Shown: in pieces, positions 36,801 to 48,978 of the stretch
Numbering within the stretch: the first letter of the stretch is position 1
Layout: each line of letters begins with the position of its first letter
Assembly (NCBI GenBank): GCA_045837725.1
Contig: JBEWZL010000208.1
Location: forward strand, 124,001-188,000
Reading direction: 5' to 3'
DNA: 64,000 nucleotides
Origin: Vermamoeba vermiformis
Taxonomy: Eukaryota
Notes under the pieces: model-generated
Seen by the model: the letters and a program-made list of their open reading frames with translations, nothing else
The model's database searches: none
What the model was told of the DNA's origin: nothing
Program-made: the position numbers and the translations under genes

Positions 36801-38053
36801 AGCTGACGCAGTGCTTGCGGGAAATACTTTTCAATACAGAAACTGTACTCAACAAAAGTTAACAGAGGTAGATATATTCTCCGCTTGAAAACTCAGTCAC
36901 TCACAAACCTTTGCTTTAGATATGCAATCAAAAGAAGATCATCTTTGCCACAGAAGGGCTGTTAAGATTTCGTGACATCATTCCTGATGACTGCGTTCAA
37001 ACCACGCTTCAGGTAATGCTGGCCCAATTACGACTGACCAAGCAAGTTGAATATCTCGAAGCAGCGTACGATCTTTTCAAGCGATTGAAGCCCGAGTTAG
37101 TTCCGTATCACCACGACTATTACATCGCAATTATGGTCGATGTCATGCAAACATGGAGCAAACAATTCGTCAAAGAGCACAAGAGAACGCTTTATCCTAT
37201 TTGGCAACAGGTACGTCAAATCAAAGCTCGAGCTTGGAATTAATTTTGAATGCAGATGGTGGAAGACTACTTTAACAGCGGACACATGACATTTTGTGTC
37301 GCTGGATGGTTATTCAGATTCGCACTTTGCTTTGATTCCGTAACTCCGTCAAAGAAATATCCTTTGACGGTAAGTATCGACTATTCGATCTTTTCATATT
37401 AAGTTATTCGTAGGCATTCAGTTTCATTCAGCGGTTGATCAAGGCATGCCCTAGGGCAGCAATTATTGCTCTCGGTAATGTGGATATAGCGTATCTCTTT
37501 GAAGACGAGAACGATGACGTACGAAAGAATGACTTGACACTCATTTCAAATCTAACTTTTGATTAATAGAGACAACGCTTCATTGAGCGCTTAAATACGG
37601 TCTCATTAATTGCATATTATTTTGGCATTCTATTTATCGAGGTACAAACTAAATGTGATCGCCGATCCACATGCTAACATTTTGTAGAAGCGAAGAAGGG
37701 CGGCAGAAGGTGCCGATGAACTTCTTGACACAGAAAGTAAGTCACATTACAGTCCACAATCCAAATAAGTACTTATGATTATAGAGCTCTTTGATAAGGC
37801 AGTTGAGTACCTCAAAGCGAATGCGGATCTGGATCCCGAAGAGAAGTTGCGAATCTCACGTTTTATTGTTCAAAAAAAATTATCCGCAGCGGGGCCGTAC
37901 GGGTCTGTTGGGTTGGTTAATGCAATATACCTGGCGGATACCTACGAAGAAATTATGAACGTTATCAAGTCACGCAAATTTAAGACAGGCCTCAAAGCGT
38001 TGGACAAAGAAGTGAAGTCTTGGTCATCAATATTTGATTTCGATCAGCTGTAA
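33878..38053 (+). CDS. Tandem F-box family, copy A (basic NLS-like motif, F-box, Ser-rich linker, helical domain)
   Basis: RPAKRAK; LHDLPDELIINILGYL...VCKRWR; poly-Ser exon 34501-34869; ends EVKSWSSIFDFDQL*. Intron positions are shared with copies B and C. Confidence 0.8.
34550..34855 (+). repeat. Coding low-complexity poly-serine tract (AGT/AGC/TCN mosaic)
   Basis: About 100 codons dominated by Ser inside F-box copy A. Confidence 0.85.
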
Positions 38054-38194
38054 AACATGCTTCAAACCAGCGAAATTTCGTTTTTTGGCGCTTCATTTTT
38101 GTTGAGACCAATGATCTTTTAAATATATACTTATGTAAATGGAAACTACCACTCATAATAATAAAATTCAGCTGTTAAAAATAGCAGTACTGAA

Positions 38195-41100
38195 ATGTCG
38201 AAGAGAGAAAGAACGGATGGCGAGACTGACCCAAACAAGCGACCAACCAAGCGAGCAAAAGAGACTAAAGCAAAGTCAGAGAATAATGCTAATTTGTTTG
38301 ATACGTTACACGATGAGTTAATTCGAAATATACTCGCCTTACTTCCGATCGAAGAACATGGTAATTTGTTTTTAATCCCAAAAAATGTCAGCTAATTTAT
38401 TTACATCGAATTGCAAAAAATTACGTAATTAATTAATGGCGTCCGTCATATCAGGCATTATTTAATTTTTGATAATTCTTTTGGTAATTTTTTTTTTTCA
38501 GGTAATTTTGGTGTAGTTTGCAAAATCTGGCATAGCCAACTATTAGGACAGGTATTTTGGAGAGAAAAAGTATCAAGGACATGGAAGTCATCAATCGCTG
38601 AAGGTCTACGAACCGGTGAATCTGGATCTGTCAAACTCAATCAAAGGAAACTAATTGTGCCTACGTTAAAAGGTGGGATAAATTTAACGATAAAATATAC
38701 TGCACTTAATAACGAATTTAAGTGGGAAGCAAAGAAGTGGTTGATTGGCGCCGGTACTACAAGATCAGGTCAGAAAATACCGTTCGCAAGAATAATGTTT
38801 CCTAATTTATCAAATAGATTGATGATGAATAGAGCAGCTAAAATTATTAGATTGTATTATAAGGACGATGGTAGATCAAAAAGCTTTGATAGTTCGGGCA
38901 GTACGGAATATTTTTATCGGGTAACACTCGAAGACGAAGATGATGGCAGTATTTCATATTACGATTCGAGGATATTAGCAAGTTGGCGTAGTTAGATTAG
39001 CTAAGAAGTTACTATTATTGACCGTACTTTTCGCAGTTTGTGGCTTGGAACGACTTACTGTGCGATACAGTCGTTAACATTTTTGAAAATCTGCCGCAAC
39101 GCCAGGCGTTTATTAGCTCTTATGAGAATGGCGAACAAATGGCAAAGCTACTGGTCAGAATCTTGTTCGAGCTTGGTATCGAGATTTTGCCACTCGTAAT
39201 GGAAGGAAAATTGTTTTCGAAAGCGAAGAAAATTGTAGAATACCTTGTTAAGTATACAAAGGGCTTGAATATTAAAACGAATCCACGGTAAGTCTAGCAG
39301 AGTTGAAACGCGATTTGGGTTTAACTTCTTTTCAGATACACTATCAAGTACTACGAGGCCAGTCAAGTAATGCGAAGTTTACCAAAATGTTGCTACGAGT
39401 TATTTTCAAAGTCGTGTCGCATATTTGCTTGCATCGAAACTTGGAACGCAACGTTAGAGGGGTTATTTATCAATCTATTGAAGCAAATGCTCGACTTTGT
39501 GCCAATGTTCTTGAATTACGACCCCTCACAAGATCAAAGCGACGAAGAAGATCCAGCAATGCGTGGTAGTATTAAGGAGTCAGCGGATAAAAATTGCAGA
39601 AATTTGGTGCAGTTGACGTATGACGAAAGCCAAGACCTACGAAGAGGAATGTTTTCGGAGTTCAGATATCCTGTTCGCGAATATGAAACTCAAGGCGATT
39701 TTTTTCGAGCCAATACAATTCATCATCGATTCATCGTTTTACGAAGTGCAACGTAAGTCATATCATAATACATTCTTAATTATTGATATTAACAAAGAAT
39801 GCAATAAACTGTTGGCTGACTTCATCGTCGAGACTTACAACAGCACTGATGATCCGGTAATGCAAGCAATGGCCTTGGCGCTGTCTGAAGTGTCAGGCTT
39901 CAAGTCGCACTATTTGGCCACGAAACTCACACCGTACGGCGAGCCCGTAATTAATCTTTTAACTGTCTAATTCGTCTTTTCAGGCTTGCTTGTGCTGCTA
40001 CAAAGCATTCGCATGCAGGCGTTGCATTAGCTGGCTATGTTTTGCTATGGAACCTGTCTTGGCAAATTGGATTTCAGAGCGAGGGCATTCTCAAGTTACA
40101 AGTCTTTGATTTAGCTATAGACACGATGATCAAATACCCGTCTGCATTGTAAGGTTTATCCGTTAATTTTAGTCAATTGACACCTTCCGTTTTGTAGATT
40201 TTTTGCCATTTATATTGTTGCAGCATTGTTCTCGTTTGGTCGCGACGCTGAACAAGTTACTGATGAAAAACTGGACGAGTTAAATAAGGCTATTTTTAGC
40301 TGTCTCAAATCGGAGGGTCCCTTCGCGGGCTTTATGAGCTTGGATGCGATTAAAGAAAGACTTCATTTGCGGTTGTGGCGATTGGGAGCATCTTTCAAAG
40401 GCCGATTCAAGAAAGTAAGATTATCTTATTTACAACAAATAGTCCATTTCTTATTCTTTTGTTAGTATTTGCCGGAATATGAGGCAATTCTTCGAAGAAT
40501 GGTGGTTGGTGGTTTGTGGGACATTATTCCTAATGAATGCGTACAAACCGTACTGCATCTCGCGTTAGTTCACCTTCGTGTGAAGCACTGTTCAAACCAT
40601 CTCGAAGCAGCGTACGATTTGTTCATGCGGTTGAAGGACCAGTTGGTGCCGTTTCATCAAGAGTACTACATTAATATTATGGCCAAGGTCATGAAAGGAA
40701 TTAACAAAGAAATCGTTAAACGTGAAAAGCACAAATTTCACCAACTTTTCAGTAAGGTAACTCCTACCAATGAGGAATGTTACACACTAAAATAATTTTA
40801 GTTGGTCGAAGAATACTTTGCTATTGATCGCATGTCATGTTGTGTTGCTAAGTGGCTGCTCACATTTGCGCTTCGCTTTGACGTCATCGTAAAATCGTCA
40901 AAGTATCCGTCCACAGTAAGTGATAGCATTTACCCAAAGCAATTGAATAATTATTCTATTGACTTGATACTTTCAGGCGTTCATTTTCTACAAGCGACTC
41001 GTTGAGCGTTCTACTCTTGTTGCTAAGCTTGTATTGAACCGTGATAATTTGAAAATTTTGTTTGAGCAAGAATACGACGATGTAAGTTGAAACAGATTGC

Positions 41101-41654
41101 CCCGCAAATGATGGTTGAACTTAAAAATTATCCGTAGAGCCAACGATTAATGGAGAAGGTGGATTTAATTGCGTTGCTCATTTACTACTTTGGGCACGAT
41201 TTTATTGAGGTAAATGGATTCTGCGATTGATTAATTCAATTTTACTAATTAAGCGTTAATATACTGAACGTTTTTCGTAGGCTATGTTGCTCGAAATACC
41301 TCCCTCTTCGCGCATTCTCTCTGGAATTTCTGGTTTGTAGTCTTATCAAACACTTAACCTGAAAATTAACCAAAGACAGAGGTTAAAAACCGAGCAGTGG
41401 CGCACATACGGCAGCATCCAAATCTGGATCCAGGGATGAAATTAAGACTCACCCGATTTATTGTGATTGAAAAGCTTGTCGAAAAAGATGCGAAGTTAGG
41501 TCGTTTAGGACTTGGTTATGCGAAGTATTGGCCTCAGGAGGAACACGACAACTTGATGGATCTGATCAAAGCTGAAGATTTCACGACAGGTGTTGACGAG
41601 TTAGACGAAGAAATATCATCGTGGACTTCATTATTTAATTTTGATAAATTGTAG
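38195..41654 (+). CDS. Tandem F-box family, copy B (internally shortened)
   Basis: KRPTKRAK; LFDTLHDELIRNILALL...VCKIW; ends EISSWTSLFNFDKL*. Colinear exons with copy A. Confidence 0.8.
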
Positions 41655-41778
41655 AATAATAAAGAATTGAAAACGCAGCCGAGAGAAAATTCCGCACATT
41701 TTTCGGATTTTGTTGCACCGACCATAATCCAGAAAATTTAATATTGAATATATAAAAACAACAATCCTCTTCTTAACT

Positions 41779-44700
41779 ATGGAAAAGAAAGGAGGAAGAG
41801 GAAAGCGGCAACGTAAGGATAACAACAATGATCCGAATAAACGACCTGCAAAAAGAACCAAGACGCAAAAAAATGAAGAAGGCCTATTTGATACCTTACA
41901 CGATGAATTAATCATAAACGTGTTGGTTCAGATCCCGATGAAATATTTTCGTAAGTAATCAATAAATCAATTTTTATTATTATCCCCGTACGAAAAAATC
42001 CTAATAACCCAGATTTATAAATAAACGCATTAATATATTAGATATTACCTTGTATTAATAGCAACAAAATTTTCTGATTAAATTTTACAGCGGATCTAGC
42101 AAGAACGTGTAGAGCGGTGGTCCCATTTATCCCAAAAGCAAGATTTCTGGCGATTATATGCAATAAGACAGTGGGGACCCAATATATTACCAAATCAACT
42201 TATAAAGAGTACTACTGGTTCAGTTGAAGTCGATCTCTCGAAGCATTTGATCCCAACAATTCAGAGTAAGTTTTCTATAAATAGAAATATTCATATGAAT
42301 AATACTCTAACGAACAATTCATCAGTTGGCGGGCAACAAGTTGTCGATTGGTTCCGTTATTGCAAGATCAGGTAATATTTTTTGTTCGATCCAAAATTCA
42401 TTTGTTACGCAGCATAGCTAATGCCTTATATTTAGAATATTATTTGCACATGTTAAGAAAGGACTAAAACAAAACCATAATTACGAGTTGGAAGACGACT
42501 GGAACGATTTATTTGATGATGGCATTGATGACGACTATGAGTTTGGTGATTATGATTATGATCTCCAATCATTGGAAGACTATTTCGGAGATGAGCCCGA
42601 TATGTATAGTGAAGAACAAGAAGAATTGCAAAATTTGCTAGATGACTTACGGAACCCAGATCTCGATGATCTGAACGAAATTGACCAAGCTGAGATCTCC
42701 ATGAACAGAAATAATAATAATAATGCTAACCAAGCGAATAATAATAATGATACGAGCAATAATAAGAAAAACTTCATAGATTTTACGGACGAAAAGGAGT
42801 TAGAAAAGCTAAGCGAGCTCTTTAACAGCGCCAGTATGGACGAGGAAGAAGAATCTTTCAATGATTATGACGATGACGAAGAGTCGTTTCGCGAGGCAGT
42901 GCAAGAATTGGTGGATCAACACAAGCGAGAGACCGACTCGCACGAGAATCAGGTACGTCTCAAAAATTATTATATTTTATTACGCGAAAATGAGAAATTA
43001 TTTTTAGAAATTGATTATTGGAAAATTGTTAACGAGCTCCAACTTGAATAATTTCCGAATTTAAATTCAGTTCAATTATCCTCATGTATAATATTAGGGA
43101 AATGTAGCGGTTCTAATTGTGGTTATTAGGCCAATTTCGAGCTGACAAACGAAAATGTGAAGAATTTCATCGTGGATCTGCCGATCAATCCAGGCTTTGA
43201 TTTCTCACAACCGCATTACTTGCCTAAAGTCCTATTCGAATTCTTATACGAATTGCTCCCTATGGTCTTTGGAGCTAGCAACTTGAGCATGACTTCGAAG
43301 CACATGACCGAAGCCTTCAAAAACGTTTGCGACTATTTAGAAGAAAAAGGAGAACGGTACGTGCCTATTTTATTAAGAGACCCTAAATAATATTGTTAAT
43401 ATTTTTAAATTAATCTTATAATTGGGTTCGATGAGAACAATCAAGATCCGCTGTGAAAAAATCCGTGATTAGAAAAATATATAGGACCGTACTAATAATC
43501 TTATCTTTTTACGATAGATTCGCAGAAAAATATTACGAGCGAATGTTAGTGGTGCAAAGCAAAACAAAACAGATGTTCGACATGTTCATGTGTTCGTGCA
43601 AAATGTTTTTGCAACTCCAAGGGGCCGACGAAAGGAAGAAAATTTTGTTCAAGAAATTATTGCAAACAATGTTGGATATTATTCCGCTGCTATTGAACTT
43701 CGATATCGAGCTCGAATTGAAAGATTTGTTGAAAAATGAATTCACCCCCGAAGAAGCCAATCAAGAAGACGTTGTCGGACAATTAATCCCGGAGATTAGA
43801 AACGCGTTAAGATCTACCCGAAGTTTGCACGACAAATTGCCGAAGACATGTGATATGACCAAATTTAGGTATCCTTCGCGCGAGATTGCCGAGAGATCAC
43901 TTACGTCAAAAGATCCTATTGCAACTATAATCACACCAAATTCGAAAGATTATGCAAGTAAGCTCAGTCACTTTCCTAATTTAGTATTATCATCTATCGC
44001 GGTGAAAATTTTCATTTGAATTTAGACGCCTAATTTCCTACTATTTATGACGCTAGTTCTAACGGTCTGATTAGACCGCTTTTTCCATAATAATAATAGC
44101 TGCACTCAATTTTTTTTGGGCACTAATGAGTTTTTTCTAGTCTTCAACGAGATCTTGGGCCACTTTATCATTGACAAGTTCATCTCAGTCGATGATTTGA
44201 ACGTCAAAGCCGCAGCATTAGCATTACTTGACGTGTCATTACAGCGCACTTATGAACTATGCACCAGTGTTCTACCGTACGTGCCTTAGTATAGATTGAT
44301 AGTATGACTCACCGTTATTGCTTTAGTATTATTTTTGAGGCCACGCAACACGACTACGAAGAAATTTCGTTCGCTGGATTCGTCGCGCTGCATAAATTTT
44401 CAACGGACAAAGAAATCGTGCAGAAATTGACTAAGAAACAAGTCACTATGGCTGTTGAAGCTGTCGTGAGAGGAATTGTGAAATTTCCGCATAGCACGTA
44501 AGTACCATCCTCTTTTCCTTATTTGGTAAAATTTCCTTTCAAAGCTTCGAAAAATTATTTTTCTCAGATCCAACCAACTAACGTTATTATTTTTGTGAAG
44601 ATTTTATCTAGTGAATATTCTCGTACGACTATTGAAAAATAGAGGCGAGTTCATGTCTGACAACGCTCTTCGACGAGTTCAACGAGCGGTTGTTGAATAT

Positions 44701-47065
44701 GATCATTGACCAACCGAAAGTAGTGCTCAATCCGATTGTCAGCAAAGAAGCGAAAATATTCGAACGATTTTGGAAGCTAGGATTGGTGTTTAAAGAACGA
44801 CTGGAAAAGGTACGTTAATATTCGACGTTCAACGAACTAGATCTGTTCTAAACAATCACATCCGGATCACAATTTTGTTTGATGTTTTGTTCTTTATACT
44901 AATATATGCACTACATTTGCAGTACTTGCCTAAATATCGTGAAGCGCTCCTACAGTTGGCCACAACAAAGTTCGAGACTTCAGTCGTGATTGCGAACATC
45001 GAAGCACATCCGAGTGTCATTCCTGAAGAGCAGCGATTAATACAATATGTATTATTAGGTAATAGCGCATACATTCTTATTGAAGTTAATTATCACATCC
45101 GGATAATGCATTATCTTCACTGTGAAATTTTTATTCAGATCCGGATCTAACTCATCGGCGCAACTAAGACATTATTTAATATAATATATCATTATTAATA
45201 TTATTAGGAAATGCCTGTTTGGGTGAAAAATTCAACGCCGAAGCAGAAGATTTCGTGAAGTATTTGCAGAAACAAAAAAAGATCAAAATCGGCAAAGACG
45301 CATTCAACGCCCTATTTGGTGACATTCTGTGTCGCATCAATCAAAAGAACAATAAGAAGCTTAAAGAGATATTGAAGAACATCTTGGACTCGTTCAGCCT
45401 GGATCTGTATGATTTCGGCATCCGGCCTGCTGTTGAGCGGTACACGACTATCGGCGAAGATTGGCAAACTTTTAAGACTATTCCGTATACCTACAAACAG
45501 TTTCAAGATGCTGTGAAAGTTTTCAAAGCCAAAAAAGGAAGGAGGAGCGGAAAAAATATGGTGTTGGAAAAAATGTTCGAGTACGAGCCGCCAACGGTGA
45601 AAAAAGACAAGAAAATTAAGAAATCTGACAAAGTGAGATACGAGCTGAATAATCTTGGTACTGATGGCTACTCTTCTTATTTTGGAATTACCTACACGAA
45701 CCGCCCGAACGTAAAGAAGGTACGTACAAATCTTTGCAAAAATTTGCTGCGTTCACTGAATTTGGCGATATATATCGCAGCTTGATTGGATTCGCTTTTT
45801 TTCAAACTCGAGGTTTTTCTGATTTTTCCTTTTTAGGAAATCACTTCATTGGGTGGCACCATCGCCGTTAAAAATATGCTGCTCGTGTTGGAATGTACGA
45901 CAGACGAAGATCTTTTGGACCTGCAAAGAGCTTTTCACGTGATTTTGGCGTTTTTACGTGATGGCGCAGCACCAGCGAGTTACTTTGAAGTAGCGATGAA
46001 ACTCTTTGCCAAATTGAAGCCGGATCTGGTCCGTGAAATTCAAATGCGGTACATGCAAATCATGGCACTTGTCATTTCAGTACGCATTGACAGCAAAGAA
46101 AAAATGACCGACGAACTGAAACAAGTGTTGCTTAGCATCTACGATCAGGTAAAACCAAAACATTCCAGCACTTTCCAAATAAGGAAAAAATGCATTTATA
46201 TGGATTATTTTGTTGTATATAGCTTATTGCGTTCTACGAAGAAAATCTGGACGACAGACACATGATTGAATTTTTGCTGACTTTTGCCGTGCGATACCAA
46301 GACCAATTCCCAAACGAAAAAAATATGATGGTGCGTCCGAATCAATAATAATACCATCTTGATACAACGTTCTTATTTCCTTTTTAGGTATACAACCTTT
46401 TGAAACGGCTTGTTTTTGCTTCGCCAAAAGACACTCGTCGCGCACTGATGTATTGTCATGCTGTTGGAAAATTCTTCGTTGAGCCTCCAAATGATGATTG
46501 TAATGTAAGGAACAGCTACAAATTTGGAAATAAGTTTTCGTTCGAGCTAACAAGGAAACTTTCACAGAACCCTTGGTTCATTGAACGAGTGCACATCATA
46601 GCCTTTATTGGATACCATTTCGGCCCCTCTTTTTTGAACGTACGCGGACTATAATGTGCTCATTAATACTAGTAGGTAAAACTAACTTTGTTTCCGCAGC
46701 GGATCAGCCATTTCCGCGCTCATACAGCTGAAATGACGTTCAATGCAACAGGTAAGGATAATGAATCCTTATAGTGCTCAGGCAACGACTAACGATTATC
46801 GTATTCAGAAATGTTCAGCAAGTGCGTGGAGTACTACAAAAGTGCCGAAGAAATGGATCCCGAGCTACAAAATTTGATGAAACGGTTTATCGTGCTATTC
46901 GCCGTCTTTACTACGACAGACATACACAACTTGTGTCTATACAACGCGTTGTTCAGCGATGAAGCAGCGAGAGTAATGGCAGTAGTGCGCAGCAAGAAAT
47001 TCGACACCGGGATCAAGGACCTGAACAAAGAGGCCAAGTCCTGGGATAATATTTTTGATTTGTAA
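41779..47065 (+). CDS. Tandem F-box family, copy C (acidic/Asn-rich linker)
   Basis: KRPAKRTK; LFDTLHDELIINVL...TCRA; Asp/Glu/Asn-rich exon 42438-42952; ends EAKSWDNIFDL*. Confidence 0.78.
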
Positions 47066-47534
47066 ATAGGACTAGCAGTCCAAACCAAGAAAGTGCAGAG
47101 CCAGACAAAAACGGTCTACACGCTGAACAATAACGTATTTTCTGTGCTGCACAGAAAAACCGAAAACAAGCCAAAGGAGGCGACCAAAAGCAAGTCCAAC
47201 TGCTCGTAATACGTGCATTCGCGAGCCTTCTAATATGGTTCACAGCCGGCTTGTTTGTGGTGTTTTGGAGGATCCAATAGTTCGTGATCGTTTGTGAATG
47301 TGAAAGTTCGCTTTCCATCCACTTCAAACACTAAAAATAATCAAAGGTATTTAAATCTGATTAACTGCTCGTAGCTTGTTCCAAAGTGACCGTGGGCACG
47401 GAAAAATTTAGAGTTGCCGCAATAAATAATTTCTGTGTTTAGCACAAAAAATTTTTTGTTTCTCCAGATCTGGATCCGATTCAACGCACCATGCCAAGAA
47501 ATACCTTACAAGCGCCGTAGGAGATGATGCTTAA

Positions 47535-47607
47535 ATGCCAGTAGCTCAGAGGTACGAGCGTTGGCCTCCGGAGCCAAGGGTCGTGGGTTCAATCCCCACC
47601 TGGCATG
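47535..47607 (+). tRNA. trnR-CCG: tRNA-Arg (anticodon CCG)
   Basis: ATGCCAG/CTGGCAT acceptor stem, GCTC/GAGC D stem, TTGGC-CT CCG GA-GCCAA anticodon arm, GTGGGTTCAATCCCCAC T arm, followed by a T-run terminator. Confidence 0.92.
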
Positions 47608-47730
47608 TAATTTTTTTTCGGATCAGGACAGGTTCTTTACAGTAATAGAAAGCCCTTTATTAAATCCCAAAACAAAAAAAAAGTGGAGTAAAAAATTGAA
47701 CCTTTTACTACTCGATCAAGATCAGTTTTC

Positions 47731-48791
47731 TTAAGGGAACCAGTTCAAATCGGTGTCGTAGCCACACAAAGTGTAGTCACCTGCGTTTTTAAACTATTAT
47801 TAGCCTTTGAGCAGAAATTAAAGTGGGTCTAACGTACCAAGGTATTGCTTCATGGTGGGTTTCTTCCATCCACCAAAAGGAGAGAAGTCACCTGCACGCA
47901 CATTAGTATGGAATCATACTTAATAGTAGAGCTACTTACTGTATGAGTGCTTGCCATTGTAACGAGCGTACCACAACGGGAAAGTAGATCCGGCGTGCCA
48001 GTCGCCCATGATCGGCTTCCATTGGACGAGACTTGTGTAAACACCGATGTTAAGGCCTAATTAATTGTTAACGTGGATTATTTTAGCTTAATCTTATTTA
48101 CGTACCCATAGATTGAGCTTGTTGGACCAATCCGTTGAAAAAGTTTCTGTTTGAAGCTTGATCTGACCAGTATTCAGTTCCTTCAATATCGAGCCTATGA
48201 AATACACCATAAGCTTTTCATATTTCCTATTCTAAACATTCTTTGAACGTACCAGAGAGTGCCAAAGTTCGCGCCATTGAGGTTTGTGATCATGTCGCTA
48301 ACTTGCTTGGCGGGATTGCCGCAAGACGGGCAGGGGAACCTTGATCATAGTTAGATTTAACTATTTAGCATAGAATTAAGCGTAAACTTACATGTAAATA
48401 TCAACAGAGTTCATGCCTGTCAAAAAAATAAAAAAAATGAATCAAATTACCCGGCGAATATTTCAAATGTGATTACCTGCGCTCCAAGCACTACAATCGT
48501 ACGTTAATATCAAGTTAAATAAAAAAATAATATGAACTTACTTGGCGATATTTTGGGCAGCGTTCGTATCCACTTTTCCGTTGCTGCGGTAAGCCTGAAT
48601 AAGCGTTAATAATCTATTTTTAAGTAATTTATCTCGTATTTAAGGCCTACTCTAACAATAGCAAACGTATAGTTCTTTCCAAGCATGCATTGGAAGCCAG
48701 ATACGGAAACTGGAGTGGCTACGTCCACGCCGAGTGTAGCGTAAGCGACAGTAACGCAAGCAAATAGGACTAATAAATACTTAACGTTCAT
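47731..48791 (-). CDS. Secreted GH25-type lysozyme (amoeba/nematode Lys family), about 9 exons
   Basis: Signal peptide, then LGVDVA, FAIVRAYRSNG, YMFPCPSCG, LWLDIEG, GVYTS..QW..IMG, LWYARY, FSPFGGW and MKQY..D...CG...DLNW. Confidence 0.9.
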
Positions 48792-48978
48792 TTGTGGTGT
48801 AGATAAGATAAAAATAAATGGGTAATGCAATTGTGATTTTTAGGGAGCAATGGCCTTTCAAAAACGTCAAAAAACGAAATCTCTACAACGAGAAGCGTCA
48901 TTTAGAGTGACTGATTGACAGCCGAGATAGCGCTAGAAGCCTATATATTTATTGTGCGAGCAACGATGTACAATCGGT

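Noticed and set aside
42708-42765. AAT microsatellite
   Set aside because: Ordinary coding poly-Asn tract within the copy C linker, common in amoebozoan genes.
47535-47607. tRNA-Arg as an integration site for the adjacent F-box array
   Set aside because: I found no duplicated tRNA 3' fragment, target-site duplication or integrase nearby.
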